From Dendrobates tinctorius (lineage: Eukaryota): DNA of 64,000 bases. Position 1 is the first letter of the stretch; each line of letters opens with the position of its first letter. Location of the stretch: assembly GCF_039654945.1 (NCBI RefSeq), contig NW_027361672.1, positions 14,074,001 through 14,138,000 of the forward strand, read 5' to 3'. The notes beneath the pieces are model-generated. The model did no database searches. It saw nothing but the letters and a program-made list of their open reading frames with translations, and was not told the origin of the DNA. Below are positions 52,115-63,786 of this stretch, in pieces. The position numbers and the translations under genes were made by a program.

Positions 52115-52509
52115 ATGCACTGAGAAAAGCAAGCAGGGGCAGAGGCAGACTAGTCAGGTCTCTGGTTATGATAACTGGCTAAATATTTATAGTATATGCT
52201 CTCTGAATCACTGAAGCGTTTCAGAGAAAAGTATATTTGACTGCAATAGTGCAAACATATTCTGACTCATCTTGCACACGGTCCCTTTATTCCTTTCTGA
52301 ACACTCAGCAAACTATTTGCTGTCAAATGTCCAAGTTTATTCTCATTGTAAACTCTATTCTCATCCACTTAGTTTGATTGACAAGTTATTTCCATGGTCC
52401 TCTTCACTGCACCTGCTGCTAAAATATTGCGTATGCCCGGTAGAAGTTATAGTCCACAAAGCTCTACCGTAAGAAAAAGCCTGTATCCCAGTCTAATAAC
52501 AATTACTAA

Positions 52510-52904
52510 GGGTGCTTTCACACTGAGTTCTGGCCCCTGTTTGTTGGTCCTATGGGGGCTTAGGTCCAAACTTCCCACAAAACTGGATTTTGGCTTATGC
52601 GTCGACGGGGCCATAGACTATAATGGTGCTGACAGAGCAAATTTATGCTCTGTTGGGCATCCTTTTTGGCTATGTACGCCTACTGGAGATGGGCACCCAG
52701 GCGCAGTCTACTAATTCTGAGTGTCCACCTCTAGTAGCTGTATACGTGTGAAAATGATGCACGGCAGAGTACACATTTGCTTTGTTGACATTATAGTTTA
52801 TGGCCCCGTCAGCGCATTTGCCTGGGTCCCGTTTTACAGGAGGTTCAAACATAAGCCCCAACGGGACCAACAAACGGGTGCCAGAAAGCAGTCTGAAAGC
52901 ATCC
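52510..52904. mobile_element. Harbinger-like MITE
   Basis: taa-gggtgctttcacac...gtctgaaagcatcc-taa; related to 4949-5005 plus 6571-6860. Confidence 0.75.
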
Positions 52905-54282
52905 TAACATATTCTGCTGGAAGAACCAGGATAAGCAAGTGTAGCTGAACATATATGTACATTTTATCTAAGGTAAAGTATAGTAAATTTGCTCGGTCTT
53001 TAGGAGGAGCTTGGCTGTCACTTACAATGCTGGTGATGGACAGAAGGTGAGTAAATTGAATATTGAAAGACTAACTCTTATAGAAATAAATGTTTTTTTA
53101 AAGCACAATGGGAATCCAGAAACATTCCAAAAAGTACTGTGAGTAATGTTTTAATGGGTTTGTAGCCTGATGGTTCAAGTCTGCAGTCAATCTATACACA
53201 ATGTTCTGCGCAGCAAGAATTCCCGATGTTGGAACCATGAGCAGGTAATAATTAGACCACAAGGATGAGATATGCATACTTCCGAACACATTCCGACTAG
53301 ACTTGTATTGAGCGAGGCCACGCATGTCTAGTCGGCATGTGAACGCTTGTATGCAAATCACATACTTGTGATCACATGCCCGCCTAATCCCGGCACCGAC
53401 ACTGGAGAATCCTCACAGTGCGCGCACATAGAGTGACAGCAGACTTGTACTCTAAGGCTGCACAACCCCTTTAATGAATTTGATGTTGTGTGTAGGTGAT
53501 GGGTATGGTTGTTCTAGTGACAGATCTACTAAATATTACATTCACTGAAATTCTTCTGCAAAGATCTGTAGTTACATAGAGACTCCAACTGCTCCTGTTT
53601 CTTGCAAATTCTCTGATACAATGTGCCATTGATAAAAGTTATTTAAAATATTACCAACTATAGACAGGGTTATTACTAGTGGAATAAAATGATACGGTTA
53701 GGATAGTTATACATCTGTATGAAGACCTATAAGTATATAATTTTTATGAATACTGTGTGAGGCTTATACTTGCCCCAGCACCATCAATATCTCTCATGCA
53801 ATCACTCTCTGCTGGTGCCTTTTCATCTTCTCTATAGCACTTGCCTATCAGATTAATGTATACTGTCAATATCCCCTGCAGCATCATGCAAGCTAATTTA
53901 ATTTTTCGTCTCCAGCAATTTTATCACTGCCTATTACAGTACATCCTTGAATCTTTCACTGTTTTACATTATACTACCATTTCCACATTCTTTGCTGCTT
54001 CTGCTTATTATTCATCCATTTTATAGAGCTACATTTTGATTTTATAGTTACATAGTCAGAACGTTTAAAAAAGACCTAGGTTTATCAAGTTCAAATGTTT
54101 TAAAGAATAACAATTTTTATGTACAAAACCTAGTTAATGTAGTTCCCCATCAAGTGGAAAAAAATTCTTAATTGATCCCTAATTTCAATCTAACAGATTC
54201 CTGGATCACTATTCTAGTAACCTTGTATATTGTGCTTTACAAGGAAGATGTCTAACCCTTTACTAAACCTATCCACACTTAA

Positions 54283-54618
54283 GGCCCTATCTCACAAAGC
54301 GAGATCACTAGCGAGGTCGCTAATGCGTCACCGATTTTGTGACGCAACAGCGATCTCGCTACATGTAACACGCAGCAGCGACCGGACCCCCTGCTGGATA
54401 TCGCTGATCATGCAGGAATGTCCTGGGCCATTTCTTCGTCGTCTGTGTCCTGCTGGCCAGCATGCATCGCTGTGTTTGATCGTTGGATCGTTGCTGTGTC
54501 GCTGAAGAGATCTGCCTGTTTGGCAGCTTACTAGCGATCATTTAGCAACGCACCAGCGATCCCTACAGGTCGTATCGTTGTCGGGATCGCTGGTGCATCG
54601 CTAAGTGAAACGGGACCC
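54283..54618. mobile_element. Harbinger-like CGAT-rich MITE
   Basis: TWA flanks, imperfect TIRs, similarity to the 22808 family. Confidence 0.65.
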
Positions 54619-56390
54619 TTACAGTCACTACCAAATCTTTTGGGAGCATGTTCAATAACTTTACAGGTCAGGTAGTGAGATACCAAGAGATACCCTCATT
54701 CCTCTTGGTATCTGTTTTGATCTATGTGTTTATTTTTATGCTGCAATGTCTATTGTCTGTACAAGTCCCCTCTACAATGTAAAGTGCTGCGGAATATGTT
54801 GGCGCTAGAGAAATAAAATTATTATTATTATTATTAATAATGCTTTAGAAATTATGATGAAATTGCACTTTCCCTAACCATAAGCAGTGACTTTGTATTC
54901 TCCGCTGGGTCTGAGAAAAATCATTTACTGCATTGGTTTTACTGGGACCATTTACAAATTTATGAAGCTGTAAAGATATTATATCTTGACTAAGTCTTTT
55001 CTTCTCTAGGGTAAATTAATTTGGATTTAATAACCTATTTTACCATGCCTAAAACTGGACTTCAATCTAAAAACATTTCTTAAAGGAGGAGAAATATATT
55101 ATCTTAAAATAAAGCATGCTAAAAACATGCTATATTCACCCTTTCCCAACATTGCTTTTTTCCATTTTTGTGTTTTCATTTTTTCATTGTCTTCTTGCAA
55201 GAGGAATAACTTTATTTTTCTTACAACATAACCATGTGAGTGCTTATTATATGAGAAACGAGTTGTACTTTTGACTGACACCATCTATTTTATTATGGGA
55301 TGTATTGGAAAACAAGAAAAAAAATTCTAAGAGTGACAAAATTGTGAAAAAAAAGCACAATTCCACAATTTTGTTTTTTATTTATTTATTTTTTTTCCAT
55401 GTTCATTATGTGGTAAACATGACTCGGCAATTTTATTTTTTAAGTCAGTACAATTACGGAGCTAACTAACATGCTTTTTTTTTTATTTAGGTGGCGAAAA
55501 AAAATGTGAAAATTTGTAGGAAAAAAAAAAATCAGCCATGATCTGCCATGAAAGATGTGGACCGAGTTCCCAAGCCTGCATCAACATTAGGGAGCTTGTG
55601 TAGGGAAGGTGACCTGACGGACGGACGGACTAGTCAGAGTGAAGAAAGATAGGTTTGCACAGTGTAGGTAGGAGACAGTGATTACAGTGGGGAAACAACT
55701 AGAAAAGTGTAGTGGACGTGCAGTACCTTGGGATGACCATTAGATGGCAGGGTGGAGTGTGAGCAAAGGACTTTACAGCAGCTTAGGGCTTTAGAAACCG
55801 TTGGTCATGGGGGGCGTGGTGACAGTTAGTGACAGTTTCAAGGAACCGGGGAAGTTATAAATTCTGAGGGAGGGTTCCAGAAGGTTCCAGTCCCCAGGGG
55901 GAGCCCAGGTGACAGGAGGACTACGCCAGTCTGTGTGCCCTGAGGAGAATCCGACCAAGGGGACTGAGGAGAGGAAACGTCAGGGGGGTGGTCCTGACAG
56001 GAAAGGACCGCAGCAGAGACGAGGCTCTGGGTGGAAGACACCGTATGTGTAACGACGAAACTGACCAGTAAAGTGCTGATGGTGTACGGGCCTAAGGCAG
56101 CCACAGTAACCGAGCTGTCAGGATTGTCACAGTGTGAGACGGGACGTTACGTATAAATACGTCCCTAGTGTAACGTACGGTGTTGAAGCGGCCCTGGACA
56201 CGGAGGGCAGAGAGAGAGATATCTCGGTGTACCGCGAGGACCGTCAGTCGGACGGTGAGCAATAAACTTGGACCTGTTGCACCCAGAATCTGCCTCATCG
56301 TGTCTCTGTTATCATCTCTGCGCGGTAAGAAGTGGGACCACCCCCTATCACCCCCCCCCCAGCTCGGCACCCCACCACCGACGCTACATT

Positions 56391-56408
56391 TGGCGTAGTC
56401 GGCAGGAT
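56391..56408 (+). promoter_or_regulatory. Primer binding site, tRNA-Ser (perfect)
   Basis: tggcgtagtcggcaggat, 2 nt after the 5' LTR. Confidence 0.92.
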
Positions 56409-56599
56409 CGCCGCCGCTAATACGCTATCTTCTGCGGCAGGCCTGCAACTGAAGGACTGAGGAAAACTTGGACTGCTCTATTTCGGATTATAAATACCTG
56501 TGGACTAAAAATTACTGACCTGTGGATTACAAATTGGGACGCTGTGTCGGATCTGTGTTGCTTGCAGAGGATCCAAGGCAGTAGCTGATTCTGCCCAAG

Positions 56600-57727
56600 A
56601 TGGCGGTATTACTTCAGCGCAGAGGAGAGGTCCGGGTGTTTGCAGTTGTTCAGAGTGGACTGGGACCCCCTCCAACGTACCCCAAAAGGAAGCAATATAT
56701 GCCCGAAGACCGACGTTTCCATATATTGGACCCTGGCAGATGGATGGAAAGGTCTGCCAACGCCCCACCCAGCAGGAGGAGTGGCACAGAAGAAAAACTT
56801 GGCTGCGGCTGTCTGACGCCATTCGAGTGCTGCCCAACGGACGGTATGAGATGCTGTGGGTGTCGGGGCATCGGCCGCCTAGAGTGGCAATGGCGGCGAG
56901 AGATGGAGCTGCACCAGAAGTCATCTTCAGATTTACGGGCAGGCAGCGGGATGCTGAGCCGGGGAGCGGAGCCTGAGGGGAGTCAGCGAGAACGGCTGCC
57001 ACCAATACCAGCAGAGGACTTCTCAGCGGAGCCCCCGAGTCCGGAGGGAAGGCCCGCAGGACCGTGGAGCAAGGAACGGAGGCTGCGGGGGAAACTGCGT
57101 GATGATGGAACGGAGGCCGCAGCGCCGGGGAAGGTGAGAGTACCCCCGGCCCTACCAGTGCCTCCGCAAGCAGCCCCCACCATTCTGCTGCAGCACGCGG
57201 CCCCCTGCGCACCGGAAGGCCTAGTTACCACGGGCCCCGTGGTGTATGCAGAGCTGAGCGAGGCCCCCGCTCATGTCCCCGAACTACCCCGCCCGGAGTC
57301 ACCAGTGCAGAGCTCACCCAAAGAAGACGCTGCTGCGCTTTCCCTGCTAATAGCAGCTGCATCGTTGAAATCGGCCGTTACTCCAGCTCCGTTGGAAGTA
57401 GTGGATGCGGCCTGTCCTGAGGCCGCGGTTATGCCGCTGCTGGAGTCGGCTGCGGCCAACTTAGCGGGCCCTGTGATTCCAGCCCCCGAGGACCCGGTTC
57501 TCCCCATTTGCCACCTGACCCCAGCGGCTGCTGGGCCGCAGAAATCTTCGGCCGTTTCTGTCTTGCGGTCTTTTTCAGCGGAGTCCCGCCCACCGGACTC
57601 CAGGGCCCGTGCTGTTCCCTCCGTGTGGGAAGCGGAGGTGATCAGGAAGAAAAAGGCCCGGGAGCAGGAAGTGTGGAACCTGCTCCACACTCAAGGAGAG
57701 GCCGTCATGGAAAAGAAGAGGACTTGA
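56600..57727 (+). CDS. Hypothetical 375-aa protein inside the non-autonomous LTR element
   Basis: Uninterrupted sense ORF downstream of the PBS, strong Kozak context aagATGG; Cys cluster, Pro/Ala-rich middle, charged C-terminus; GC-rich, so a chance ORF is not excluded. Confidence 0.55.
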   Translation: MAVLLQRRGEVRVFAVVQSGLGPPPTYPKRKQYMPEDRRFHILDPGRWMERSANAPPSRRSGTEEKLGCGCLTPFECCPTDGMRCCGCRGIGRLEWQWRREMELHQKSSSDLRAGSGMLSRGAEPEGSQRERLPPIPAEDFSAEPPSPEGRPAGPWSKERRLRGKLRDDGTEAAAPGKVRVPPALPVPPQAAPTILLQHAAPCAPEGLVTTGPVVYAELSEAPAHVPELPRPESPVQSSPKEDAAALSLLIAAASLKSAVTPAPLEVVDAACPEAAVMPLLESAAANLAGPVIPAPEDPVLPICHLTPAAAGPQKSSAVSVLRSFSAESRPPDSRARAVPSVWEAEVIRKKKAREQEVWNLLHTQGEAVMEKKRT

Positions 57728-58644
57728 ATGGACACCCTCAGTATCCCCGTGGAGCCCTCACCTCTGTCCATTGAGAGTGGTATAGACTGTCAGGAGTTCG
57801 ATGCACCGTTGTGCAGATTATAAGGACAGTTGCATTTAGAAAAAAGTTTTGTTGTTGTTTAACTGATGCAACTATTTTCTCTCTCTTTCTTTCTTCTTTC
57901 TATGTTCTTTATATACGAAAATATGTTTACCTGACAGAACGGGGATACGGAAAAGTGGAGGAGTGTCCAGGTCCAAGGAAGGGGGGGAGGAAGAAAGAGG
58001 AAATGCAATGTTATGTTATATTTTGGTTTTAAAAGTAAGAGAAAATGGAAAAAAAAAAATTATAAAAAAAATGGGTACTTGTGCTATTATAAAGTTGTAT
58101 GATGTATAATATGCAAAGTAAAATGCAACAGGTCCGGGTAAGGGAAGGTCTGCGGGACCAAAGGAAAGTGTGAGATCCGGTAGGGATCTAAGAGTTGAGG
58201 TCTGGGAGACCGGGACGCCGACCATGACATGTAATTGAAAGAAGGAAAATGAATGGGAAGATGTGAGAAAGACAGCCGTCCTAGGTCAGGTCCCCGACAC
58301 CACGGACACCCCTGAAGAAGGAAAGGCGGGCGCCGGCAATGATCTGGTAGGTGAGTGGCCTCGATCATGGCGTACCGGATAGTGAAAGGTAACAGTAGGG
58401 GAGAGTAGGGGAAAGATACACGCCGTAGAGAGAATACGGGTGTACCTTGCCCAATTTGAAAGACGTTGTCATGTGGCGTGCGCGCTGGTGAGTAGCAGTA
58501 GGCTGCTCAGAGCATAGTGCTCCCAGTGTGGTTCGGCCCCCGCAGATAGTGGGTTTGGCTCAACTTCTGGTCCGACAACAGAATGTAGGTGTAGATTCAG
58601 AACGACGAAGGCAGGGATGACGATTGTCGAGGACGACAATGGAC

Positions 58645-58658
58645 AAAGGAAGGGGGAG
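58645..58658 (+). promoter_or_regulatory. Polypurine tract
   Basis: aaaggaagggggag directly before the 3' LTR. Confidence 0.9.
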
Positions 58659-60189
58659 TGTAGGGAAGGTGACCTGACGGAAGGACGGACTAGTCAGAGT
58701 GAAGAAAGATAGGTTTGCACAGTGTAGGTAGGAGACAGTGATTACAGTGGGGAAACAACTAGAAAAGTGTAGTGGACGTGCAGTACCTTGGGATGACCAT
58801 TAGATGGCAGGGTGGAGTGTGAGCAAAGGACTTTACAGCAGCTTAGGGCTTTAGAAACCGTTGGTCATGGGGGGCGTGGTGACAGTTAGTGACAGTTTCA
58901 AGGAACCGGGGAAGTTATAAATTCTGAGGGAGGGTTCCAGAAGGTTCCAGTCCCCAGGGGGAGCCCAGGTGACAGGAGGACTACGCCAGTCTGTGTGCCC
59001 TGAGGAGAATCCGACCAAGGGGACTGAGGAGAGGAAACGTCAGGGGGGTGGTCCTGACAGGAAAGGACCGCAGCAGAGACGAGGCTCTGGGTGGAAGACA
59101 CCGTATGTGTAACGACGAAACTGACCAGTAAAGTGCTGATGGTGTACGGGCCTAAGGCGGCCACAGTAACCGAGCTGTCAGGATTGTCACAGTGTGAGAC
59201 GGGACGTTACGTATAAATACGTCCCTAGTGTAACGTACGGTGTTGAAGCGGCCCTGGACACGGAGGGCAGAGAGAGAGATATCGCGGTGTACCGCGAGGA
59301 CCGTCAGTCGGACGGTGAGCAATAAACTTGGACCTGTTGCACCCAGAATCTGCCTCATCGTGTCTCTGTTATCATCTCTGCGCGGTAAGAAGTGGGACCA
59401 CCCCCTATCACCCCCCCCCAGCTCGGCACCCCACCACCGACACTACATTTGCATATAACGTAACTGTACGTCATTTGTCAGTAAAGAGTTGACGGGGTTA
59501 TCCAGGACTTTTTTGCATATGGCGATAAGAAGTGACAGGCAGGTAGTTAATGGTTACCTGTCGGTTCTGCCCAGTGATGATTTCTACTGGCTCAGAGCAG
59601 TCACTGATCGCTCCTGCCAGAGATTCCCCTGCTTCTGCTGACGTCATGTTTACAGAGCAGGGGCTTACTTTCAGCTCATGGGGCATCTCTACTGATGTTA
59701 TCCTGATTGACAGTTGGCACCCTTATGTCTAACTGCAGGGATCCCACTGTCAACATCATGATGTCAACAATAACTCCTCATCAGCACAGCAGACCAAAGT
59801 GGAATAGTTGCTCTGCTGATGAGAGGTGAAATACAGCAGAGGAGTCAATTGAGCTGGCAGCGATCATCTCCATGAAACTCCAAATTACCATCAACAATAA
59901 TTGGTGGCCGTGGCAAGGGAGATGGCTCCACAGGCGCTACGTATTTTTTGAGCAATGACCCGTGGAAAACATTGTGGATTTAAAGAGCTAGGCTGGGGTC
60001 ATACTTGTGAGAAACTCACATGAGTCTTTCATCACATTACCCGGCACTGCCACCGGCACTCAGGACCGGAGTGTGCGGCTGCATGTATTTCTATGCAGCT
60101 GAGCGCTCCGGTCCAAGTGCTGGTGGCAGTGCCGGGTATTGAGGTGTGAGATTCGTTCAAGTGTCTCGCAAGTCTGACCCCGAGCTTAG

Positions 60190-60425
60190 AAGAAGCTGAA
60201 GACAAAAGGCCACAGGGTTAATTACGGCAACCATCTTGTAAGGACCAATGAACCTAGAACCCAATTTACAATAAAGAATTTTCAGTTTAACATTTCTGGT
60301 AGACAGCCATACTAAATCATTCACACTCAGGTGTGGACCTGCCAACTGTTTCTTATCAGCTTTGTCCCCTATGATCTTTGAATGGGACCTGTCAACACGA
60401 TTGTGCACAGTAATCTACAAACAGT
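60190..60425 (-). mobile_element. Gypsy integrase C-terminal fragment
   Basis: DLVWLSTRNVKLK...KLGSRFIGPYK...INPVAF (GPY/F module). Confidence 0.8.
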
Positions 60426-60459
60426 GTCAGGTCGGCACCATTATACGGATTAAAATGAT

Positions 60460-61539
60460 ACCACGTTTCATCTTCAATGCCCTTGCTGATGGAAGGAGGT
60501 TTGCACTCAAAATCTCACGATACATGGCCCCATTCATTCTTTCATGTACCCGGATCAGTCGTCCTGGCCCCTTTGCAGAGAAACAGCCCCAAAGCATGAT
60601 GTTTCCACCACCATGCTTTACAGTAGGTATGGTGTTTGATGGATGCAACTCAGTATTCTTTTTCCTCCAAACACGACAAGTTGTGTTTCTACCAAACAGT
60701 TCCAGTTTGGTTTCATCAGACCATAGGACATTCTCCCAAAACTCCTCTGGATCATCCAAATGCTCTCTAGCAAACTTCAGACGGCCCCGGACATGTACAG
60801 GCTTAAGCAGTGGGACACGTCTGGCACTGCAGGATCTGAGTCCATGGTGGCGTAGTGTGTTACTTATGGTAGGCCTTGTTACATTGGTCCCAGCTCTCTG
60901 CAGTTCATTCACTAGGTCCCCCCGCGTGGTTCTGGGATTTTTGCTCACCGTTCTTGTGATCATTCTGACCCCACGGGGTGGGATTTTGCGTGGAGCACCA
61001 GATCGAGGGAGATTATCAGTGGTCTTGTATGTCTTCCATTTTCTAATTATTGCTCCCACAGTTGATTTCTTCACTCCAAGCTGGTTGGCTATTGCAGATT
61101 CAGTCTTCCCAGCCTGGTGCAGGGCTACAATTTTGTTTCTGGTGTCCTTTGACAGCTCTTTGGTCTTCACCATAGTGGAGTTTGGAGTCAGACTGTTTGA
61201 GGGTGTGCACAGGTGTCTTTTTATACTGATAACAAGTTTAAACAGGTGCCTTTACTACAGGTAATGAGTGGAGGAAAGAGGAGATTCTTAAAGAAGAAGT
61301 TACAGGTCTGTGAGAGCCAGAAATCTTGATTGCTTGCTTCTGACCAAATACTTATTTTCCACCATAATATGCAAATAAAATGAAAAAAAAAAAACAATGT
61401 GATTTTCTGGATTTTTTTTTCTCAGTTTGTCTCCCATAGTTGAGGTCTACCTATGATGTAAATTAGAGACGCCTCTCATCTTTTTAAGTGGTGGAACTTG
61501 CACTATTGCTGACTGACTAAATACTTTTTTTCCCCACTG
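60460..61539 (-). mobile_element. Tc1 transposon, 3' part deleted; transposase frame open from 61173 to the break
   Basis: [39 protein letters not shown]; TIR ends cccactg-ta. Confidence 0.92.
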
Positions 61540-61789
61540 TAGATGCTACTGCGCAGGCGGCATCATCTTGCTAGAGAAAAAAAAATTGCCACCCAACACA
61601 GTAGCAGCTATCGGATCGCCGATCACTGCTACTGCGCAGGCATGGCTGGCGCCATTTTCAAACTGATTTTGTTTTTAGAATTTATGGATAACATGAAAGA
61701 AGAGGATAACATACACATTATATATGTGATCATGCTGCAACCGCTGGCACCTGCCTGCAGAAAATAATTTTTTTTTTTTCCAAGATACA

Positions 61790-63680
61790 CAGGTGCATCT
61801 CACAAAATTAGAATATCAAAAAGTTAATTTCAGTTCCTCAATACAAAAAGTGAAACTCATTATATAGAATCATTACAAACAGAGTGATCTATTTCAAGTG
61901 TTTATTTCTGTTAATGTTGAGGATTATGGCTTACAGCCAATGAAAACCCAAAAGATATTACCTCAGTAAATTAGAATACTTTATAACACCAGATTGAAAA
62001 ATTATTTTAAAATCCAAAATGGTGGCCTACTGAAATGTATATTCAGTAAATGCACTCAATACTTGTTCTGAGTTTCTTTTGCATCAATTACCGTATTTTC
62101 AGACTAAAAGACGTACTTTTTCACCAAAAAAAAGTCAGGTGATTCTGCGGTGGTCTGATGCTGCAGAGCGATGATCACACTCCCTTCCCAGGATGATGTG
62201 GAAGTATTCGGCGGTGCGCAGTGGTGCAGGGGCTCTGCCGACATTTTGTGAAAGCCCGGAGCCCCCGCACTTCCATTGCTGTGATGGGTGGTTTCCGGGA
62301 AAATGGCTGCTGGATGCGGCACATGCACAGATTGAGATCTCGAGAGACGAGAACTCCATGCCGAGATCTCAATCTGCGCATGCATCGCAGCCAGCGGCTA
62401 TTTTCCTGGAGGCCACCGCATCGCACCAGTGGAGGCTCCAGGCTCTCACAAAATGTCGGTGGAGCTCCCGCACCACTGAACACCACGAACCTGCCGCATC
62501 AGCCTGAGATAGGAGTCATATCATCGCCAGACCACCGAACACCCTCTGTGACAACACTCCAGCGCTACTGATTTCCCCCAGTAAGCTGAATTTGGACTGT
62601 AAGGCAGACCCCCATTTGATGCATTTTTTTCCTCTAGTTTCCTTCTGAAAATTTGGGGTGCGTCTTATAGTCCAAAAAATACGGTACTGCATAAATGCGG
62701 CATGGCATGGAAGCGATCAGCCTGTGGCACTGCTGAGGTGTTATAGAAGCCCAGATTGCTTTGATAGCAGCCTTCAGCTTGTCTGCGTTGTTGGATCTGG
62801 TGTCTCTCATCTTCCTCTTGACAATACCCCACAGAGAATATATGGGATCAAGTTCAGGTGAGTTTGCTGGCCAGTCAAGCACAGTGATACTGTTGTTTTA
62901 TAAACCAGGTATTGGTATTTTTGGCAGCGTGGACAGGTGCAAAGTCTTGCTGGAGAATGAAATTTCCATCTCCAAAAAGCTTGGTGGCAGAGGGAAGCAT
63001 GAAATGCTTTAAAATTTCCTGGTAGACAGCAGCTCTGACTTAAGTCTTGACAAAACACAGTGGACACCAGCAGATGACATGGCTCCATAAACCATTACTG
63101 ATTGTGGAAACCTCACACTGGACCTCAAGCAGCTTGGATTGTGTGCCTTTCCACTCTTCCTCCAGACTCCGGGACCTTGATTTCCAAATGAAATGAAAAA
63201 TTTACTTTCATCTGAAAACAACACCTTGGACCACTGAGCAACAGTCCAGTTCTTTTTCTCCTTGGTCCAGCTAGGATGCTTCTGACATTGTCTATTGGTC
63301 ATGAATGGCTTGATACAAGGAATACGACACTTGCAGCCCATATCCTGGGTACATCTGTGTGTGGTGGCTCTTGAAGCAATGACTCCAGCAGCAGTCCACT
63401 CCTTGTGAATCTCCCCCAAATTTTTGAATAGCCTTTTCTTAACAATCCTTTCAAGGCTGCGGGTATCCCGGTTGCTTGTGCAGCTTTTTCTACCACACTT
63501 TTTCCTTCTACTCAACTTTCCATTAATATGCTTGGATACAGCACTCTGTGAACAGTCAGCTTCTTTAGCAATGACCTCTTGTGGCTTACCCTCCTTGTGG
63601 AGTGTGTCAATGACTACCTTCTGGACATCTGTCAAGTCAGCAGTCTTCCCTATGATTGTGGAGCCTACTGACACAGACTA
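61790..63680 (-). mobile_element. Tc1 transposon, degenerate, interrupted
   Basis: TIR caggtgcatctcacaaaattagaatatc; peptides GKTADLTDVQK, LFSDESKF, WPANSPELDPI. Confidence 0.9.
62091..62684. mobile_element. Non-autonomous Tc1/mariner (pogo/Tc2-like) element nested in Tc1
   Basis: ta-ccgtattttcagactaaaagacg...cgtcttatagtccaaaaaatacgg-ta. Confidence 0.8.
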
Positions 63681-63786
63681 AGGCCTCTTTCACACGTCAG
63701 TGGCTCTGTTATGTGTAGTAGCCAACACAGCTGCTCCCGACTGTAAATGACTGGGGAATGAGTGGGAGCAGAGCGAAGATTCAGTT

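Larger units (their letters stand above)
55599..59447 (+). mobile_element. Non-autonomous LTR retroelement, very recent
   Basis: LTRs 55599-56388 and 58659-59447 (4 substitutions and 1 indel by eye), TG...CA ends, TSD cttg/tttg, PBS, PPT, no RT or integrase motifs. Confidence 0.95.

Noticed and set aside
37134-56408. tRNA-Ser-like sequences
   Set aside because: Only 18-nt complementary primer binding sites, not tRNA genes
56505-57690. Minus-strand ORFs of 235 and 139 aa in the LTR element
   Set aside because: Antisense to the element in GC-rich sequence, with no motifs
60362-61264. 300-aa + strand ORF
   Set aside because: Antisense shadow of the Tc1 transposase
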